32,000 bases of DNA from Desulfocapsa sulfexigens DSM 10523 (GTDB taxonomy: Bacteria; Desulfobacterota; Desulfobulbia; Desulfobulbales; Desulfocapsaceae): the NCBI RefSeq assembly GCF_000341395.1, contig NC_020304.1, forward strand, positions 2,070,001 to 2,102,000, in the 5' to 3' direction. Both the position numbers and the translations under genes were made by a program. Position 1 is the first letter of the stretch, and every line of letters begins with the position of its first letter. The notes beneath the pieces were generated by a model. That model saw nothing but the letters and a program-made list of their open reading frames with translations, had not been told where the DNA came from and made no database searches. Below are positions 28,902 to 32,000 of this stretch, piece after piece.

Positions 28902-30899
28902 TTAATCTGGCAGTACCTGATAGCCAGAATCAGTAAATAATCCCACTATTGCCCAGCCGCCGCCCATCAGAAAATCGCCGATGATCAGGCCGATAAAGAA
29001 AAACTGCACTTTTTTAAATAGGGTAACGCCGCCATATCGCATGCATAGAGTGTTACAGGCCCAGCCGATAAAAAAACTGAACCAGAGAATACGCATGGCT
29101 GAACTGTAAGCCGTGAGATAGCCTAATGGATGGATGGGCCACCAGTAAAAGCGATGATAGCAGACCACAAGAATGAGCATGACGATTGCCCCTGCGATGG
29201 CAAAAAAAGTGATCCAGCTTCCAGTTTCCACAGGAGCCGTTACCAGGCGATGCACATTTTCAAAGACGGTAACTGTGGTTCGACTGGCCCATTCCAGCTG
29301 GAGTTCACGGGTACCATAACGATAGTAGAGGGTCATCATGGCAAGGATAGAGGCTCCAAGGCTTGCTAGAATAGTGAAAAAGAGGCCTGAGAAGATGAGG
29401 AGGCCGGGGCTTTTTCCATGACTCAGTTTTCTGGCGTGGAGAAGTGAAGGCATGAGTGATTCCCGTAGATCAACAAAGAGTACTTTCTGAGCCATTCCTG
29501 CAAGTAATCCATTAATACCGCTGAAAATTTTTGTTCCACTGATCGCTATCAGGCCATCCATTGGTGCTGCAGTGAGAGTGAAGTAAGCAAGACCGCCCTG
29601 GCAGATAATTCTGGTGGCAACCATCATAATCATAAATGCCGCACTAAAGAAGAGCGTGGCAGTGAGCAGACTCATGCCGAGCGACACCGCCCAGTATAAG
29701 AGCCCGCCGAAGCAGAATACTGCTCCCCAGAAGGAGTAGCGTACATCGAACCATTCGGTTCGTGATTTGCTGGATTTTACCAGAAAGAGAGATTCCTTTG
29801 TCACCTCAATGAGATGTGTTCTGGCCAGCCAGATAAGAAAGAAAAAGAAGATACCGTAGGCTCCAATCATCTGAGTTTCTTCAGGCCTTGCCAGGGTTGG
29901 ACCAAAAGTGATGCCAAGTTCTGATACAGGAATAGTATACCCAAGAAGTCCAAGGACGCCGAAAAAGAGACCGCCCAAAATAAAAAAGAACCAGAAACTA
30001 AAAGAGATTTGGCGCGAAGTCAAAAATGCGAATCCGATAAATGCTGGATAGAGATAAATTTTCAGTTTATGGAATCCTGAGAACAGCCCTTCCTTCGGAA
30101 AGTAAGGGCCTGCAAGGACAAGTGTCGAGAGTTGGGGGACCGATGGGTAATAAAAATGTAATCCGTTCAATAAGTGGAGAAAAACCGGAACAAGAAGGCC
30201 GGCCAGGAGAAAATGGTTTCCAAAAAACCTTCCTATTCTTCCTTCGTCGAGTGAGCTGCAGAGCATTTCAGGGACACGCAGCAGGGGAAAGTTGATGCGT
30301 TCGTTGTGGATCCACTGGCGGGAAAGAATATTGATGATAAAGAGCATAAAACCGTATGATAGCAGGATGAAGCTTCCCCAGAGCAGCAGAGGGCTGAGCC
30401 ATGCCTGCCATGGGATAGTTGAGGCCACCTCAAGCCAGCTCATGCTCCGTCCTCCGGGAATTCCTGTATAGAGCATTTCAATGGCCCGTGGATCCGTGGG
30501 GCTGATTCCCTGGGGCAGGAGAGAGCAAAGGGTTTCCTGCCATTGATTCTCAACGGTGGCGTAATGAATGGGTGCTGTCAGGTTGAGGAGAAGAGTCCTG
30601 GCCATTCCGGTATATGCAATCCCTGATCCAATGACCATCTCAATCCAGATGATAAGAAGCTCACCGCCAGTGAAGATAAGTGACTTGCTGCGAAGGATCT
30701 TTGCTGTTATCGCAGTCAGGATAACAAGGAGAATGAAAATGAAAAAAGGGGCCAGGGGAAAATGACCGCCACCAAGGGGAGTGGCTTGCTGGTACACATT
30801 GTTAAACGGTGTGAGGAGGCAGATGGCAGTAGCCAGAATCATACCGACTATAATGGAACGGAACCGAATGGCAGAGGCAGTTTTTGTATGTTCAGGCAT
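28902..30899 (-). CDS. DUF6785-like polytopic membrane protein, related in style to the adjacent OPT-like gene
   Basis: 665 aa, about 14-16 predicted TM segments; LTPFNNVYQQATPLGGGHFPLAPFFIFILL, FTGGELLIIWIEMVIGSGIAYTGMARTLLLNLTAPIHYAT. Confidence 0.65.
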   Translation of the reverse strand: MPEHTKTASAIRFRSIIVGMILATAICLLTPFNNVYQQATPLGGGHFPLAPFFIFILLVILTAITAKILRSKSLIFTGGELLIIWIEMVIGSGIAYTGMARTLLLNLTAPIHYATVENQWQETLCSLLPQGISPTDPRAIEMLYTGIPGGRSMSWLEVASTIPWQAWLSPLLLWGSFILLSYGFMLFIINILSRQWIHNERINFPLLRVPEMLCSSLDEGRIGRFFGNHFLLAGLLVPVFLHLLNGLHFYYPSVPQLSTLVLAGPYFPKEGLFSGFHKLKIYLYPAFIGFAFLTSRQISFSFWFFFILGGLFFGVLGLLGYTIPVSELGITFGPTLARPEETQMIGAYGIFFFFLIWLARTHLIEVTKESLFLVKSSKSRTEWFDVRYSFWGAVFCFGGLLYWAVSLGMSLLTATLFFSAAFMIMMVATRIICQGGLAYFTLTAAPMDGLIAISGTKIFSGINGLLAGMAQKVLFVDLRESLMPSLLHARKLSHGKSPGLLIFSGLFFTILASLGASILAMMTLYYRYGTRELQLEWASRTTVTVFENVHRLVTAPVETGSWITFFAIAGAIVMLILVVCYHRFYWWPIHPLGYLTAYSSAMRILWFSFFIGWACNTLCMRYGGVTLFKKVQFFFIGLIIGDFLMGGGWAIVGLFTDSGYQVLPD

Positions 30900-32000
30900 C
30901 TGCTCTCTCCTTTGCGTTCTGGCTTTCTGTGACTATCTCTTTGAACTGTCCAGCAAAATGGTTGTGGCTTGCCTCGTCAAGGGATCTCCAGACCAGAAGC
31001 TGTTTCCGAAGGTCGTGAAGAAATGAGGTGTTGATTCTTTCCCACACGGATTCTTCACCCGAACGGCGCTCAATGGTGACCTTGATTTCAAGATAGTTTG
31101 GGTTGTCTTCCACAGGGGAGAACTGAATGTCGACCCATTGCATAATGCCGAAGTCAAATGGGGCGAGCCATACCTTTGAGCGAATATAGGTGCAGTACAA
31201 GGTGTGTGGTTGTTCTGTGTTTTCTATGAGAGATCTCATCTCTTCAATATTGCAGCAACTGGATACCAGATTCACAGGACCGGTGGAGAAGAGTCCGTGG
31301 GAAACCTCCTGATGGGAGGTGAAGTAACCGAATATAAATCCGCCAATTGAATCGTGCTCATCATATTTCATGAAAAATGGAAGAGTGATGGTGATGCGAT
31401 TATCAACAGCCCGAGGCAGACTGAAGTTGGCGTTCACGTCGGGGATGGCTATTTTAGCAGCCACCCGAGAGGGGTAGATAACCGAGAGAAGAACCACCCC
31501 GATAACAAGCAGCATGGCTGCAACTCCTGCCATAGAAGAGTAATTCACGGTGAGCCCGGCCCAGAGGCTGGTCTCGGCGAAGAGATAGGCAGAAACCTGG
31601 GCCAGGAGATAGCCGAGTACAACGGATATTACTGCAAGTGCAAGAGCCTCGGCGATAAAAAGAAAAGAAACATGCGACGGGGCAAGGCCAACCGAAGTGT
31701 AGACTGCGATCTCATTCTTTCGTTCATAGACCGAGCTGATCATGGTGTTCAGTACAATGAAAATGGAGATAAGAAGCGGAATGATAATATTGGGCACACC
31801 GCTGTACTGTATGGAGTCACTCTGGTTGTAAAGCCATACCCCATCCGTCTCTCCGGCAAAAATGGCCATGGAAAATCTATCGACAAGTCCTTCTGCTGTT
31901 TCACTTATGGATGTCCCGCCGCTTGGCAGTACTGCAAGATTTTTGAGTTTGCCGCCAAGGGTGAGCAGGGTTGAGGCTGGTATGATTGCAACCTGAGATG
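30892..32000 (-). CDS. FtsX-like ABC permease, partial (frame remains open to the window edge)
   Basis: PLLISIFIVLNTMISSVYERKNEIAVYTSVGLAPSHVSFLFIAEALALAVISVVLGYLLAQ is typical of the FtsX permease core. The frame continues upstream of the track start without a stop (SQVAIIPASTLLTLGGKLKNLAVLPSGGTSISETAEGLVDRFS). Confidence 0.85.
   Translation of the reverse strand, partial: SQVAIIPASTLLTLGGKLKNLAVLPSGGTSISETAEGLVDRFSMAIFAGETDGVWLYNQSDSIQYSGVPNIIIPLLISIFIVLNTMISSVYERKNEIAVYTSVGLAPSHVSFLFIAEALALAVISVVLGYLLAQVSAYLFAETSLWAGLTVNYSSMAGVAAMLLVIGVVLLSVIYPSRVAAKIAIPDVNANFSLPRAVDNRITITLPFFMKYDEHDSIGGFIFGYFTSHQEVSHGLFSTGPVNLVSSCCNIEEMRSLIENTEQPHTLYCTYIRSKVWLAPFDFGIMQWVDIQFSPVEDNPNYLEIKVTIERRSGEESVWERINTSFLHDLRKQLLVWRSLDEASHNHFAGQFKEIVTESQNAKERADA

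Noticed and set aside
31354-31974. 206-aa plus-strand ORF
   Set aside because: Antisense to the FtsX-like permease, charged low-quality composition and no family features. Same reasoning for the ORFs at 27722..28321 and 27041..27685.
1-32000. CRISPR arrays, tRNA/rRNA genes, transposases or prophage modules
   Set aside because: No regularly spaced repeats, cloverleaf-like sequences or transposase proteins were seen. The XerC-like protein sits beside rpsU in a housekeeping setting and is not evidence of an integrated element.

Overview
This 32 kb window looks like ordinary chromosome from a Desulfobulbaceae-like or other deltaproteobacterial bacterium; that taxonomic guess comes only from protein flavour. 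I can support about 29 protein-coding genes and several Rho-independent terminators. I found no rRNA, tRNA, CRISPR array or recognisable mobile element. Housekeeping content: M50 protease, znuACB-like metal ABC transporter, tRNA nucleotidyltransferase fused to DHH and CBS domains, tyrosine recombinase, rpsU, FAD-linked oxidase, ddl, sigma-70 family factor next to a GAF/sigma-54 activator, serS, tatC, DUF523, ftsB/divIC-like gene, FmdB-type zinc ribbon and a family-4-like UDG. Less ordinary parts: (a) 20.5-22.4 kb, a PqqD-like protein overlapping an uncharacterised 294-aa gene, then a secreted orphan; (b) 22.6-26.8 kb, an 854-aa ABC exporter whose nucleotide-binding domain carries a ~270-aa insertion with repeated Q-loop-like segments and a Cys cluster, overlapping a cyclic-nucleotide-binding gene and followed by two exported proteins; (c) 26.9-32 kb, two large OPT/DUF6785-like membrane proteins coupled to an FtsX-like permease with an extended C-terminus; (d) a xerC-like frame with no ATG/GTG/TTG start. 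No clear new defence or mobile system is visible. The best candidate for something undescribed is the insertion-bearing ABC/cNMP cassette.
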